Shown: positions 49,828 through 62,632, counted from the stretch's first letter. The stretch is DNA of 64,000 bases from Calditrichia bacterium (GCA_963796965.1 CAWCNS010000016.1:192001-256000), one strand, 5' to 3'. A program made the numbers and translations. The notes: a model not told the origin generated them from the letters alone.

Positions 49828-50254
49828 TATATTACTCCATATAGGTAAAATATTACCTCATATTTACTGATTTACATGAAAACATTCAATGTCATGCTTG
49901 CATAAATATTTTGAAATATGGCTCATGGAATCAAATTTAGTGAAATAATCCTATGGGACTTCTCCCTGAATTGAGACTTATTTAATGAGGCAGCTAGGGG
50001 AAATGCGTTTATCAATAAAACATGAAGTGATATAAATAAGTAATTACATAAAAATAGAAGAACTCTTTGTGAGAGAAATATTTCTTGAAATATATCTTGC
50101 CATATCGCCGCGTTCTTTTTAGTTTAATCTATATTTCTCACCAGAGACTCATACAGTCCGTTTCTTTACTTCTACAATTTCAACTCTAAGTGAAATTAAA
50201 TGAAATCTTTGAGGATCAATAATCGTTTGAAATTTGTAGGAAGAGATCCATCAA

Positions 50255-53200
50255 ATGAACTATGATCTAAAAACATTCATATATTTAATTCTACTCAATA
50301 TTCTGACTTTCAATTTCGCAGTCAACGCTGCAAACCCTGTCCCGCCACCCTTAATATCGCATGGGCACTGGCATCATGATAAATATCGAAATTTAGATCG
50401 GTTATTGATCATGAGTGATGCGGAAGTGACAGAGATAAGAGCCAGAATTCTTCAGGCTAATAATATTTTCAGCCAGATTTACTCCAACACATATTTAAAT
50501 CGCGAGGGTGGCTATATAGGTGGGATATATCAAGATGCTCTTCGATCCACCTATAATAATCGCATGGATCGCGCCATAAGAGCAAAAAATAAAGCGTTTG
50601 TTGCTCTTATGGGAATTGGTGCGCAGGGCGGTACCGGTGAACTATATGAATTGTCGGAATCAGAGAGAAATATTTTTAGAGAACAAGCGCTGGATCATTT
50701 ACGTAATTTTGTGAATTCCGCCTGGTCGGATCAAGCGCGACCCTTCAATCCATTTGAAGATTTGCTTTTTACTGCTCAGCATTTAGATGAGCTGTATGAT
50801 TTGCAATACCGCTCCCGGGAACTAATATGCTATCTGGAAGCATATGATATGTTGAGACCAATTGGCGGAAACCGTGTCTGGGAGGAGAGCATCGCAAGAC
50901 GCTTGATTAAGTTTGCTTCCAACATCTATTTTATGGCAGATTATTTTGGTTTTACCTATGCTTATAATAATCATCGTATCATGACTGGCGCAGCCTTGGG
51001 GATGGCAGGTATCTTATTTGGCGATTGGGGGTGTGATGATGGTGATTTCGATGATCGTGATGCCCGCTCTTATATGCCAACCGCCTGGATTGGCTATGGC
51101 ATGATAAATATAAATACGGTTCTCTATAATTATCAGGTTTTTCCGGATGGGGGATATAATGAGGGACCGCATTATTTACGTTATGCCTTTATACATGCGC
51201 TGCCTTTTTTCAAGGCAATGAAGAATTTTGGCGAAATTTTTCAAATGAATAATGCCGGTGAACCCTATGGAGATTGGATTGAGTCATACTCAACATTCCC
51301 GGGTAATCACTATTCATTACGTTCTCCCTGGTATGGCCGCATAAATGATAGCAAACCAGATCTCTGGGATATCCTGGGTTGGGTTAGCAAAATTCGCCAA
51401 CCGGAAGGCCGCGTTCCAGGCATAGCGAACACATTTAATGATACCTATTTCCCTGAAACTGCTATTGCTGGTGGTCCTTATTTTTGGCCACTCGCATCCT
51501 ATGAATCGACCATCGGGGATAATGCAATTCTCAACTTGTCTCTCACAGCTTACACAGATAGCCGAGCAGACTTTATAGTCGCAGGCAATAATGTTGAACA
51601 ATCTCCTCCAAATTGGGGTAATCTTCAAGTCTTTCCGAATACGGGCAATATTGTTTTTCGAAGTGGTTGGGGATTAAAGGATATTTATATGCATGTGTCG
51701 GCGAGAAACTATGCCTATAGTTCTTCAGACTATCATCGCGATACTCATACCCAGCATGATAACAGCAGTTTTCTGTTAGGATATAATGGACGCACTTTAG
51801 CACTTGATGCCGGGTATATTTCCTGGAATGACAAAGATCAGGTTAATAATCCTTATAATCACAATCTTATACTCGTACAGGGTCTCGGCCCATCAAAAAA
51901 CTCAACTACAGCCAATATTGAAAATATTCAATCAGGTGGATTTTATGATTATGTCAGAATTGCTACCAACTATCGAGATACTTTTATAAGAAGGGGATTT
52001 CTTTTTTATGATGATCGCTATTTTATTATTAAAGATCGGATCGCTGGCTCCGGTACAAAAGTCTATCAATTTTTACTTCATGGTAACGATACAAATCCGG
52101 TGAGTGGGCCTGATGGGGTGCGCTGGCTCCAGGAGGATGCTGTATTACAATCTTTCATTACTACCAATGGAGGAAATTCAAATCTGACTCTATCATTCAA
52201 CGATTATATACATGATAATGGATATGGGATGCATCGTGTTAAAAACCATAAAAGACTTAGCGCTGGAATGGTGGCGAGAAATATGCAGTTTTTATCAATC
52301 CTGTTTCCCTATGATGCCAACCTGCCAGTAGAACCTGAAATTATCGATGCCTCAGCAGATAATGCTTATGCAGCGGTTTTTGTTGACCGAACAGCACATG
52401 TACAACTCGGTAATCGCTATGAATTTATCATGTCGAGATTTAATTCTGGTAATATTATAACAATCCCAGAATCACAGTATGGTTTGAATAACAGGACAAT
52501 TAAAACTATTAAAACCGATGCAGCTTTACTTACGCTCGGATTTGATCCTGCTGATCCTGAAGATCCTAATAAAATTGAACTTTTTCACAAAGACATGACC
52601 ACCTGCGAATATGGTGATTACGTGTTATTTCCACAGATCGCACCAGAAATTTCTGCTATTGAAAATATTACAATGAATGAAATGGATACCCTTGATATTG
52701 CCATTACCGCTTCGGATGTCAATGGTCACTATCTCAGTTTAAGCGCGGTTAATCTACCTTCATTTGCCCAACTTGTTGATAGCGGTAATGGTAGAGGAAC
52801 AATTCGATTTACACCACGCTATTTGGATGCCGGAACCTATCTGTCGATTCAGATTATTGTAACAGATAGTGGGAAGCCTCCCTTAACTGCAACCGATACA
52901 TTTGATCTTGAAGTACATAATCTAAATATTCCCCCACGTGCCAATGCGGTTTCTAATATTATTGAGGGCTCTCCACCCCTATCGGTAGCCTTCTCTGCTG
53001 AGGGCAGTGTCGACATAGATGGGATGATTCAGAGTTATCTCTGGGACTTTGATGATGGTACCACAGCTTCATCATCACAGGTCACTCGCAATTTCAATAT
53101 CGCCGGAAAATATTATGTAGTTCTTACGGTTACTGATAATGAGGGTGCGATTGCCCGTGATACGATTATTATAAAAAATCACCCTGAACTTTCACAATTG

Positions 53201-54338
53201 TTTATTAGTGAAGTTTCATTTGCTGATGAAGAATATGGTGAATTTTTAGAGATCTATAATGGTGCCCCCTACGACATCAATTTAAGAGAATTCAAACTGG
53301 TTAAACTCCACTGGAGAGGATATATAAAGGAAATCTATGATATCGGAAAGGATGAGGTGTGGGATGGCTCAGATAGTGATCGTACCCTCAAAACAATTTC
53401 TCCTTATTGGTAGAAATACTGATGTCACAACATTTGCAGATTACTGGCATTTAGATCCAGAGACGATACATTTTAATGCTGCGGATCTGATATTTGGTGC
53501 ACAGCCAAGTCGCTGGCAGTTGCGCTACTTTGATGGCATCATTGACCAGGAAGATGGGACTATCATTGATGATACACAAACGAATGTCAGTGGCTTAGAA
53601 TTAAGATCCTATCAATTCGGAATTGGATTGTGGCGTGACTCTTATTTTGAGGAAGCAACCCCCGGTTATCTAGATGGGGATCAATCCCTGCCTGTAGAAC
53701 TCGTTTTCTTCGAGACAGAAGTGAGCACTAATTCTATCATGTTAAAATGGGAAACAAAATCTGAAGTAGATAACATGGGATTTAGGATCTTGAGGAGTGT
53801 CTTTAGAGATAGTCTTTATATGCAAATTGCTTCATTTCAGGATAATGATGATTTGCTTGGTCAGGGGAATAATTCAACTGGAGGAATATATGAGTATCTT
53901 GATAAGAATGTTACCAGAAATGTGACTTACTGGTATAAAATTGTTGATGTAGATTATTCAGGTAAAGAAAGTTACTCTGGTCCTGTTAGTGGAATACTTT
54001 TGTCTATCAACGATCATCTGTTTCTTGTGGATGCAGAGACCGTGCCCAATCAATATAAATTATATAATAATTTTCCAAATCCATTTAATGCCAGCACATC
54101 AATTCGATTTGATATCCCTGATGGTATAAATAATCAAAATCGTTTTTTTATTACCGTCTATGATCTTTCTGGAAGAATCATTAACCGTCTATTTGATGGT
54201 ACTTTGAATCCGGGCACATATCAGATACATTGGACTGGTAAAAATGAGGCGGATATGGATATGGCCAGCGGTCTCTATGTACTCGTTTTAAGATCATCAG
54301 TATATTTTTCATCAAAAAAAATGATTTTACTCCGATGA
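50255..54338 (+). CDS. Large secreted heparinase II/III-like (polysaccharide lyase) protein with Ig, PKD, lamin-tail-like and C-terminal sorting domains; apparent frameshift near 53370
   Basis: Signal peptide, YNNH, EGPHY, FRSGW, HTQHDNSSF...LALDAGY, PKD SYLWDFDDG, ISEV...EFLEIYN, LPVEL, NNFPNPFN...KKMILLR. Confidence 0.75.
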
Positions 54339-54348
54339 GTTAATAGAA

Positions 54349-54504
54349 ATTCGTAATTAGGATTTGGGGATTCCGGATATGAGATATGGGATTCGATGAT
54401 GAATGGAAGTTTGATATTTCATTGATATTCAGATGTTGACATTAAACTATATAATCTCCAATTCCAACCAATTCCAAATGAAATCCCAATGCCCAATGCA
54501 AAAT
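54349..54504. repeat. Gene-less degenerate inverted heptamer arrays
   Basis: ATTCGTA-ATTAGG-ATTTGGGG-ATTCCGG-ATATGAG-ATATGGG ... TCCAAAT, CCCAAT-GCCCAAT-GCAAAAT. Confidence 0.55.
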
Positions 54505-54636
54505 AAATGTACATTGACCTAAGGATTTTAATATTTAATTGACATTTAAGCTTTGTCATTTGACATTATAATCTATTTCTCCCTAATATCTCTTCAAATT
54601 CACTCAATCCTATATTCTACTCAAAGGACACCTTAT

Positions 54637-55695
54637 ATGGCTCTCTTAATATTTTATATCTCCCTCGCACTCAGCGTTTCATTTCTCTGCTCTATCATGG
54701 AAGCAGTATTACTCAGTGTTTCTCCACCTTTTATAGCAAAAACAGAACAGGAGAACAAAAAATTAGGGCAGCGATTAAAGATGCTTAAAGATAATGTTGA
54801 CCGTCCTCTGGCTGCAATTTTGAGTCTAAATACGATTGCACATACTGTTGGTGCAGCGGGTGCGGGGGCTCAGGCCACAGCCGTATTTGGCAATGCCTAT
54901 GTAGGTGTTATTTCTGCTATATTGACTTTTCTTATCCTGGTAATCTCTGAAATCATCCCCAAAACCCTCGGTGCAATTTATTGGAGAAAATTGGCCTCTT
55001 CTGTTGTTACACTTGTCATTCCCATCATCTGGATCATGTGGCCGTTGGTTAAAATGGCCGAGTTAATTACCAATATGCTGGGAAGTGGTAAACAGAGTGT
55101 CATGATCCGCCGCGAAGAGTTTATAGCCTTGTCAAGACTAGGAGCCCAGGAAGGTGTTCTTGAAGAAAATGAATCGCGTATCCTAAAAAATCTTTTTCGT
55201 TTTAATCAGCTTTGCGCTGCAGATATCATGACGCCGCGAACGGTTATTTTTGCCCTTGAAGAAAATCTCACGATATCAGAGGTGTTGGATAAAAATGAGA
55301 AACCACAATTTACACGCATTCCCGTCTATCAAAATGATCTTGATGAAATAAGCGGATTTGTGCTTCGCAGTGATCTTTTCTATGATGCTCTCAGAGGACA
55401 AGAAAATACGAATCTAAAGAAGATCCGTAGAGAACTGATGGCCATACCCGCAGATTTAGGATTGGATGAGCTTTTTGAGAAGCTAATCAGAAAGGTAGAG
55501 CATATTGCCCTCGTCATAGATGAATATGGTGGAACCCTCGGGATTGTAACCTTGGAAGATCTGATTGAAACTTTGATTGGTCTGGAAATTGTGGATGAAA
55601 CAGATTCTGTTGAGGATATGCAGAAGTTGGCCAGAGAACAGTGGAAGAAGAGGGCTCAGAGACTGGGGCTAACAATAGATGAAAAAATAAAGTGA
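54637..55695 (+). CDS. CNNM/DUF21-CBS domain membrane protein (hemolysin/CorB family)
   Basis: SFLCSIMEA, NTIAHTVGA, SEIIPKT, DIMTPR, IDEYGG..GIVTLEDLIE. Confidence 0.9.
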   Translation: MALLIFYISLALSVSFLCSIMEAVLLSVSPPFIAKTEQENKKLGQRLKMLKDNVDRPLAAILSLNTIAHTVGAAGAGAQATAVFGNAYVGVISAILTFLILVISEIIPKTLGAIYWRKLASSVVTLVIPIIWIMWPLVKMAELITNMLGSGKQSVMIRREEFIALSRLGAQEGVLEENESRILKNLFRFNQLCAADIMTPRTVIFALEENLTISEVLDKNEKPQFTRIPVYQNDLDEISGFVLRSDLFYDALRGQENTNLKKIRRELMAIPADLGLDELFEKLIRKVEHIALVIDEYGGTLGIVTLEDLIETLIGLEIVDETDSVEDMQKLAREQWKKRAQRLGLTIDEKIK

Positions 55696-55705
55696 TACTC
55701 ATGAA

Positions 55706-57589
55706 ATGTCAAATGATCAAGCCTCAAGGCCAATTCAAATCCAAAATTCGCATATGCGTTCAATTACAGTATTAGTTCTTATGTTTGTCTTCCTCGTTTC
55801 TGGTGAGAAACTTTATAGTCAGGAAGGTTATGTCCTCGATAATCTATATTTCGAGGGGAATAAGACTTTTTCAGAAAGTGAGTTAATAAGTCAGACGTCT
55901 CTTTTTACCATAAATTGGTTCGAAAAATCAATTTTCAGAAAAGATAAGTTCATTGTCAGTGAAGATTATCTGGCAGCTGACCTGGATAAACTGGTTTTCT
56001 TTTATCAACAAAATGGATTTCTATATGTTCAAATAAGCTCTGAATATAGTGACCTTGATCATTCCAATGAATCGCTTGACCTAAAGATCATTATAGAGGA
56101 AAATGAACCTGTCTCCATATCGGCAGTAAAACATCATAACAAATTAGATAAATCACCATTTAATAATACTTGCGATTCTCTCTTTAGAGCACTTATTCCC
56201 GAACTCAAACTTCGTGAAAATGAAAGATTTTGTGATGATTATCTGGAAGAGGATCGCCAAAAGATTACGAATAACTTTCTGAATGCAGGCTTTGCCTATG
56301 TTAAAGTTGAACCTGAACTTCTGTTATCTGATGATGAGAAAGAAGTAGAGATCATTTGGGGAATTAATTCCGGGCCGCTTTGTTATTTTGGCCAGGTAGA
56401 GATCTTTGAAGTAAAGGATGTCTCTGAAGAATTAATTATTGATAGAATTGAGTTCAAAGCAGGCGATTTGTATCAGAAAATCCTATTGGACACGACGCAT
56501 CACAGCATTTATTCTCTGGGATTATTTCAGGTCGTTTCTGTTCAGGCCATTCTAAATCAAAAAAAGCCGCATATCATACCTGTGCGAATTACTGTAAAAG
56601 AAGCCTCAAAATATACCACAAAATTTGGCGCCGGATATGGGAGTGAAGAAAAATTCAGGGCCTTTGCTGATATTTTAAAAATTTCATTCTTAGGAGGCGC
56701 ACGTCGCCTCAACCTGATACTCAGTCATTCTGGGATACAGCCCTATAATGTTGATCTGCGTTTTATGCAACCGGCATTTATTGTTAGACCCCTGGCTCTT
56801 ATTTTGAATCCTTTTATGAGGAAACAGGATGAACCAGGTTACAAGGTTGAGAGAATAGGAGTGAAATCTACATTCTTATATTCTTTTGCTTCAAGATTGA
56901 CATCATCCTTTACCTATACCTATGAAGATGTGCAAAGCGACACAATTGATCTTGGTTTAATAAATGATTTAATAGAGGACAGATACAAAGGCTTATACGA
57001 CAAATCTATGATAAATCTGGGGTTTAACTGGGATACATCTTATCCAATGTTCTACCCATCCAGGGGGTTTCTCGCGTCCATAAACTTACAGTACAATGGA
57101 TTCATTTTAGTAAGTGAATATCCCTTTGAAAAAACCATTCTCGATATACGAACGTATCAAAAAATATCAGAAATGGTACTTGCTCTCAGACTAAAGCTTG
57201 GAGGCATTATACCCCTACGGGGAAATGATTTTATACCGGTAGAAGAACGATTTTACTCGGGTGGTAGTTATTCTGTCCGTGGATGGTCCAGACAGGAATT
57301 AGGACCCAAAGATCCTATTGGGGGACCCATTGGAGGTCAGAGTCTGCTTGAGTTTAGTAGTGAATTCAGATTTAATATCTATGATCCGGTTACCGGTGTT
57401 GCTTTCATGGACTGTGGAAATGTATGGTTAGAGTCCTATAAATGGTATCTCAATGAAATCAGATATTCACTGGGTGCCGGGATCAGAGTTAAAACGCCAA
57501 TTGGTCCTGTCCGGTTTGATGTGGCCAGACCGGTTTTTGATGAAGAGAATACATGGCAGTTTCATTTTAGTGTGGGTAATGCTTTTTAG
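55706..57589 (+). CDS. tamA: Omp85 family outer-membrane protein (TamA/BamA-like)
   Basis: POTRA-like repeats, RFYSGG..SVRGW, G.GIRVKTPIGPVRFD, terminal SVGNAF; upstream of tamB. Confidence 0.8.
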   Translation: MSNDQASRPIQIQNSHMRSITVLVLMFVFLVSGEKLYSQEGYVLDNLYFEGNKTFSESELISQTSLFTINWFEKSIFRKDKFIVSEDYLAADLDKLVFFYQQNGFLYVQISSEYSDLDHSNESLDLKIIIEENEPVSISAVKHHNKLDKSPFNNTCDSLFRALIPELKLRENERFCDDYLEEDRQKITNNFLNAGFAYVKVEPELLLSDDEKEVEIIWGINSGPLCYFGQVEIFEVKDVSEELIIDRIEFKAGDLYQKILLDTTHHSIYSLGLFQVVSVQAILNQKKPHIIPVRITVKEASKYTTKFGAGYGSEEKFRAFADILKISFLGGARRLNLILSHSGIQPYNVDLRFMQPAFIVRPLALILNPFMRKQDEPGYKVERIGVKSTFLYSFASRLTSSFTYTYEDVQSDTIDLGLINDLIEDRYKGLYDKSMINLGFNWDTSYPMFYPSRGFLASINLQYNGFILVSEYPFEKTILDIRTYQKISEMVLALRLKLGGIIPLRGNDFIPVEERFYSGGSYSVRGWSRQELGPKDPIGGPIGGQSLLEFSSEFRFNIYDPVTGVAFMDCGNVWLESYKWYLNEIRYSLGAGIRVKTPIGPVRFDVARPVFDEENTWQFHFSVGNAF

Positions 57590-57591
57590 TC

Positions 57592-57653
57592 GCAAAGCAC
57601 CAGGCGCATAGCATTACTCATATGAAATGATTGCTCTGCTCGTTGCGCCATGC
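57592..57653. repeat. Short inverted GCAnnGC heptamer arrays between tamA and tamB
   Basis: GCAAAGC-ACCAGGC-GCATAGC ... GCTCTGC-TCGTTGC-GCCATGC. Confidence 0.5.
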
Positions 57654-57687
57654 ATAATCGTTGGAAATGATTGAAGTAAAACCAAGT

Positions 57688-60600
57688 ATGAAAAAAGTAT
57701 TTAAAATATTATTGTGGATGCTGATATCCCTTATAGGATTGATTCTTATTGCCGGATTAATCACCCAAACGTCATTTTTTAAGGGTTGGTTAAAGGATAT
57801 TGCCGTCTCTGAATTGAATCAGATTCTCAATGCTAATACTTCTATTGGAGAAATAGAAGGCAATCTCTTCAGCAATCTTGTGATTCAAGATGTGCTTTTT
57901 ATAATGGAGAATGATACACTCGGCTCAGTTGAGGAAATTTATATATCTTATAACCTTTTTAAATTTCTGTCTGATGAAATACATGTTAATGCGTTGACAA
58001 TCAAATATCCAAGATTTTTCCTGTCAGAGGACTCTGTACAGGGATGGAATGTCACTAACGTGATTCACCAGGACGAATCCCTACCCGACACGTTATCCCC
58101 GGAAGAAAAGGAGCCTTTTCAGCTAAAAATAGTGATCGATTCATTTAATCTTCAGGATGGATATGCGGAGATTAAAGCAAATGATGATTTAATATCCGAG
58201 AAGATAAGCAATCTAAACTTAAAGTTGAATGGTTTATACTGCACTGACTCATTGGCTATCCAACTCGATAATCTGGCTTTCCAGTCTGAACGACCAAACC
58301 TGCTCCTCAAAAAGTTATCTTTTAGTTTTAGACAAGATCATGAAGGATTATATTTAAAAAACCTGGTTATTCAAACAGATGAAAATACGATCATCTCAGA
58401 TGCTACTTATCAGGAGTTGAAGAATAATCATCTGAATCTTAACGCAAATAATTTAAATCTGAGTGAATTTGAATTTATTCTTCCTGGATTCAGCCTTAAT
58501 AAAAATCCCGACATCCAGATTGAATCAAATTTTAATCGGGATTCTCTCCAACTTGTCATCGATATAGGTACTGAAGATGAAAGTTTTAATATAAAAGCAA
58601 AGGCTGTAAATTATCAGTCCTTCTTTGAAGATATTAATTCTGATCCGATCCACTTTAGTCTTAATCTCCTGATTCCCCAATTAAGAGTTACATGATTGGT
58701 CAGATCATATTCCTGTAGAAAAAATCCGTGGTGAGTTAAGCGCAAGTGGTACTCTCACTACATTGGATGACATTCAGGCAAAAGTCAAAGGAGCCTTTTA
58801 TGATATAGAAATAGAGGGGCTTACAGCAGATTCTATCCATATTGATGCTAGAGTAGATCAAAATAAGGTCAGTGGAGATATGCAGGTGTTATCTGAATTT
58901 ATCAATCTGGATCTGGAATTTAATGTCGATGATTTCATGGATCAGCCCGGTTACCATGGTGATCTTAACGTGGTTCATCTGGATTTGGGACCCATATTAT
59001 CAGAAGACAAAATTAACACAGATCTTAATTTTAATTTACTTTTGCAGGGAGCCGGTGATGGTCTTTCAAATCAAATAATCTCCATGAAATTAGATCTTCA
59101 ATCATCCCGGTTTAATGAATTCATGATTGATACATTATTTGCCCGGGGCGTTCTAACCGGGACTGACTATAATCTTGAAACCTTACAGATTCAAACCAAG
59201 CTCGGTTCGCTCGCTCTGGCAGGTTATGGTAATATAGATTCCCTTCTTACGCTTACGTATGATATTACTATTGGTGATTTACAGACATTGGCAGCTACGG
59301 TCGGTGCTGATACAATTCAGTCATCTGGTCATATTTCAGGCCAGGTAAAAGGCAATCTGACATCATTGAAAAATGAAGTAAGTTTTGAGATGAGAAATCT
59401 GCAATATAATAATTTAGAACTTGATTCATTAGCAGGAAATGCATCATTAAGTTTACAGGATAGCCTGTTTAGTGGCTCGACAGAGTTCGAATTTAAAGAT
59501 CTGATGGTTGGAAGTAAATTGATTGATCTAGTTAAACTATCAGCGGTATATGAGTACGGTCGAATCACATCGGAACTTGAGGTAAAATTTGATCAGAATC
59601 TTCGTTCATCATTAACAGCAACGATAATACCTGACAGTGTCCTGGAAATTTCAATGCCTAGGATAGATATAGATTTTGTGGATGAAAACTGGAATGGCAG
59701 CATGAATAAACTCTCCTTTGATACAGGTACAAATAATTTGCAAATAGAGGATTTTCTTTTAAAGTGCCCAAGTGGTGAGAGTCCAGGTCAATTGGCAATG
59801 AACGGATCCTTAAGTCCCACTGGAGAAGAGGACTTTACTCTGAAACTGGAAGGTCTGCGCCCGGGTAGTTTTTTATTCTATCTGGGAATTGAAAGTGAAA
59901 TCGATGCACGAATAAATTCGAATCTGGAAATTACGGGCACAGCTGATAAACCGCTCATTCAGGGTAATTTATCATTTGAAAATGGATTGGTCGGAGGTGT
60001 AAAATATCAAGGAATTTATAGCGCTTTCGATTATCATGACAGTCGATTTAATTTCGATTTTTTAATGGATTTTAATGGCCAGGATAGTTTGACAGCCGGG
60101 GGTAATCTTCCTGTTCATCTATCATTTGCAGATACGGTAAAGATCCTGGATCCGAATGAACCGATCCACTTGAATATCCGCTCAGAATCAATCCCTCTGG
60201 CCATGTTTTTGTCTAATGTGAAATCATTTCCTGAAGTCTCTGGTGTCTTTTTATGTGATTTAAGTATTGAAAATAATTTAAGTGATCCAAGAATTAACGG
60301 AAATTTGCAAATTAAGGATGGCTCGTTACGTTCAACCTATTGGGGAATCAATTATCAGAAAATTGAAGTCAATATTTTAGCTGAGGATGATAAATTCTTT
60401 TTAGAAAAGTTTCAGATCATCACAAATCAAGGCAAAGTAGAAGCTGCCGGTAAAATTCAGTTTGATTTTGATAATATCGAGAAGCCAATATTATACAGCG
60501 ATATGAATCTGAAAGCAGAAAATTTCTTTCTTCTTCAACACAAGGATTTTGAAATCCAGGTGTCAGCAGATATTAAATATAAAATGGAGGAAGAACACCC

Positions 60601-61583
60601 AAAGGTAGACGGATATATTGAGGTTAATCGGTCAAATTTTTACTTGCCGACGGTCAGAGACCGTGCCGGATATGTAACTGAAGTTGGTGAAACAAGCAAA
60701 CCGGTACTGGTCCAGGTGCGAAATAAAAAATTGGGATTGGATAAAATTGCAAAACAGGATCTGACTCAATCGGTCAAAGGAGATACCTTACGTGCCCCAG
60801 GATTTCTGGAAAAGCTGGAGGGCAACTTAGTCATTCGTTTCCCCAGGAATACCTGGATTCGTAACCCACAGCTTCGTCTGGAACTTGGTGGCGATATTCA
60901 GATAACTATGGTAGATGGCGATGTCCTCCTAAAAGGACCCTTGAAATTTGTTCGAGGTCAATATGATCTGTTTGGACGTCGGTTCACCGTAATAGAGGGA
61001 AATGTCGATTTTCAGGGGAAGAAGGAAATAAATCCTCCTATTCTTCTTGAGGCGGAATATATATATAGAACTACTAGCAGAGAGAAAAAAGCATTGGTTT
61101 TAAAAATAACAGGTAACTTGAATTATCCCGTCGTATCTTTTTTTGAAAATAATAATAAAATTTCGGCAGAAGATGCCGTCTCAATTGTATTATATGGTCG
61201 TAAGAAAGACGAGTTAAGCTATGGGACCCAGACCAATTTGGCTGAGTCGGGTGTGGCGAACACCGCTGCAATGGGGATTGTTTCCAATATGTTATCGGAC
61301 CGATTATCGCAGTGACTGTGGGTGATGATCTATCTTTGGATGTCATTGAAGTCAATGCCCAGGATAATTGGCAAGGTGCTAATTTTGTTGTTGGTAAATA
61401 TATTACAGAGGATATTTTTCTTGACATATAAACGAGAATTTGGGCAGAGCCAGGACAATAATCTTTATCCGGAGACCATCATCCATGGAGTATGAGATTA
61501 TAAAAAATTTCTTTTTCCAAATGATTCAGGGGGATCCAAGGGAGAGTGGATATGATTTATTGTTTAAATTCGACTGGGATTAA
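57688..61583 (+). CDS. tamB: TamB/AsmA-like protein; apparent frameshifts near 58675, 61312, 61420 and 61480
   Basis: N-terminal TM anchor, long beta-rich body, C-terminal GQYDLFGRRF...G.VDF...NP and VGKYITEDIF; pieces join to FKFDWD-stop at 61583. Confidence 0.75.
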
Positions 61584-62114
61584 TGAAGGAAAACAAGAAG
61601 CGAATTTATGGTATGCATTCTATTTTGGATTGCTGCTTCTGTCGTTTCCATGGGATTAGCCACAACTGTCTGGGATATTAAGGCGCGTGAATAGGTTTTT
61701 GTACGCGTATCATGCCAAAGTTAATGATTGAACAAATAGAAATAATGTCCTACTAAAATTGTGAATCATGATGTTTATGAATCTGTTAGATATAATAATT
61801 ATTGGTTTAATTTGTTTTTCTGGCTTGGCTTGTAAGCAGGCGGAAATTTCATCATTGGCAAATTACGATGAAAAGGGCAGAGGTACGCTATATATCCATT
61901 GGGGAACGAAATAGAGTTAAAAAGTTGTTCGGATTATTTTCCCCAAATAAATGTTATTAATAGGATCTGGTTTTTCACGCAGTTCAACGGGCCATCACAT
62001 CATCGTTTAGACCTAATCTATATCTGAACAATACCAAAAATTCAAAAGATTTAGAGATAAAAATTTGCTAAATTATGGAAGTTAATACTTTAGGATAACA
62101 AAATTGAGAGAGGA

Positions 62115-62591
62115 ATGATTATGCCTAAAACGTTAAATGATCTTTTGGATGTCGCCATACATGATGAAATTAATGCTCAAAAATTTTATCGGATTATGGG
62201 TGAAAAAACAAACAACCCAAAATTAAAAGAATTTTTTGACTCTTTGTCAAATGAAGAAAGGGGACATGAAAGGATACTTAAGGGTGTTAAGGAAATGGAA
62301 CTCTATGATGGTAATTTAGAAGTAGATGAGGAGTCTTTGCGGCAAATAGAAGGGGCACATGTTATCGATGATAATGAATCAATTGAAGATATGACCATCG
62401 AAAGAGCGATGGAAATTGCGATGAAAAGAGAAAATAAAGCTTCCCAGGTCTATGGTCAAATGGCTGAAAGCACCAGTCAGGAAGAGATAATGAAATTATT
62501 TACCAGTATTGCCTCAGATGAACGTCGCCACTTTAAAACGATAGAAGAAAAATATAAAATCCACACGGGTCAAATGGGGCAGGAAGCGTAA
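62115..62591 (+). CDS. Rubrerythrin/ferritin-like protein
   Basis: Duplicated AI..E..A..FY...L..EERGH / AMKRE..A..VY...IASDERRH diiron motifs. Confidence 0.85.
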   Translation: MIMPKTLNDLLDVAIHDEINAQKFYRIMGEKTNNPKLKEFFDSLSNEERGHERILKGVKEMELYDGNLEVDEESLRQIEGAHVIDDNESIEDMTIERAMEIAMKRENKASQVYGQMAESTSQEEIMKLFTSIASDERRHFKTIEEKYKIHTGQMGQEA

Positions 62592-62601
62592 TCTGGTCCT
62601 A

Positions 62602-62632
62602 TAATTTTCGATTTTGGATTGAGGATTTTGGA
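62602..62632. repeat. Left arm of heptamer inverted repeat flanking the four-helix-bundle gene
   Basis: TA-ATTTTCG-ATTTTGG-ATTGAGG-ATTTTGG-A; 29/31 identical to the reverse complement of 63131-63161. Confidence 0.85.

Noticed and set aside
1194..61427. Numerous antisense or nested ORFs of 60-150 aa in the ORF track
   Set aside because: They are shadows of well-supported genes on the opposite strand or in another frame
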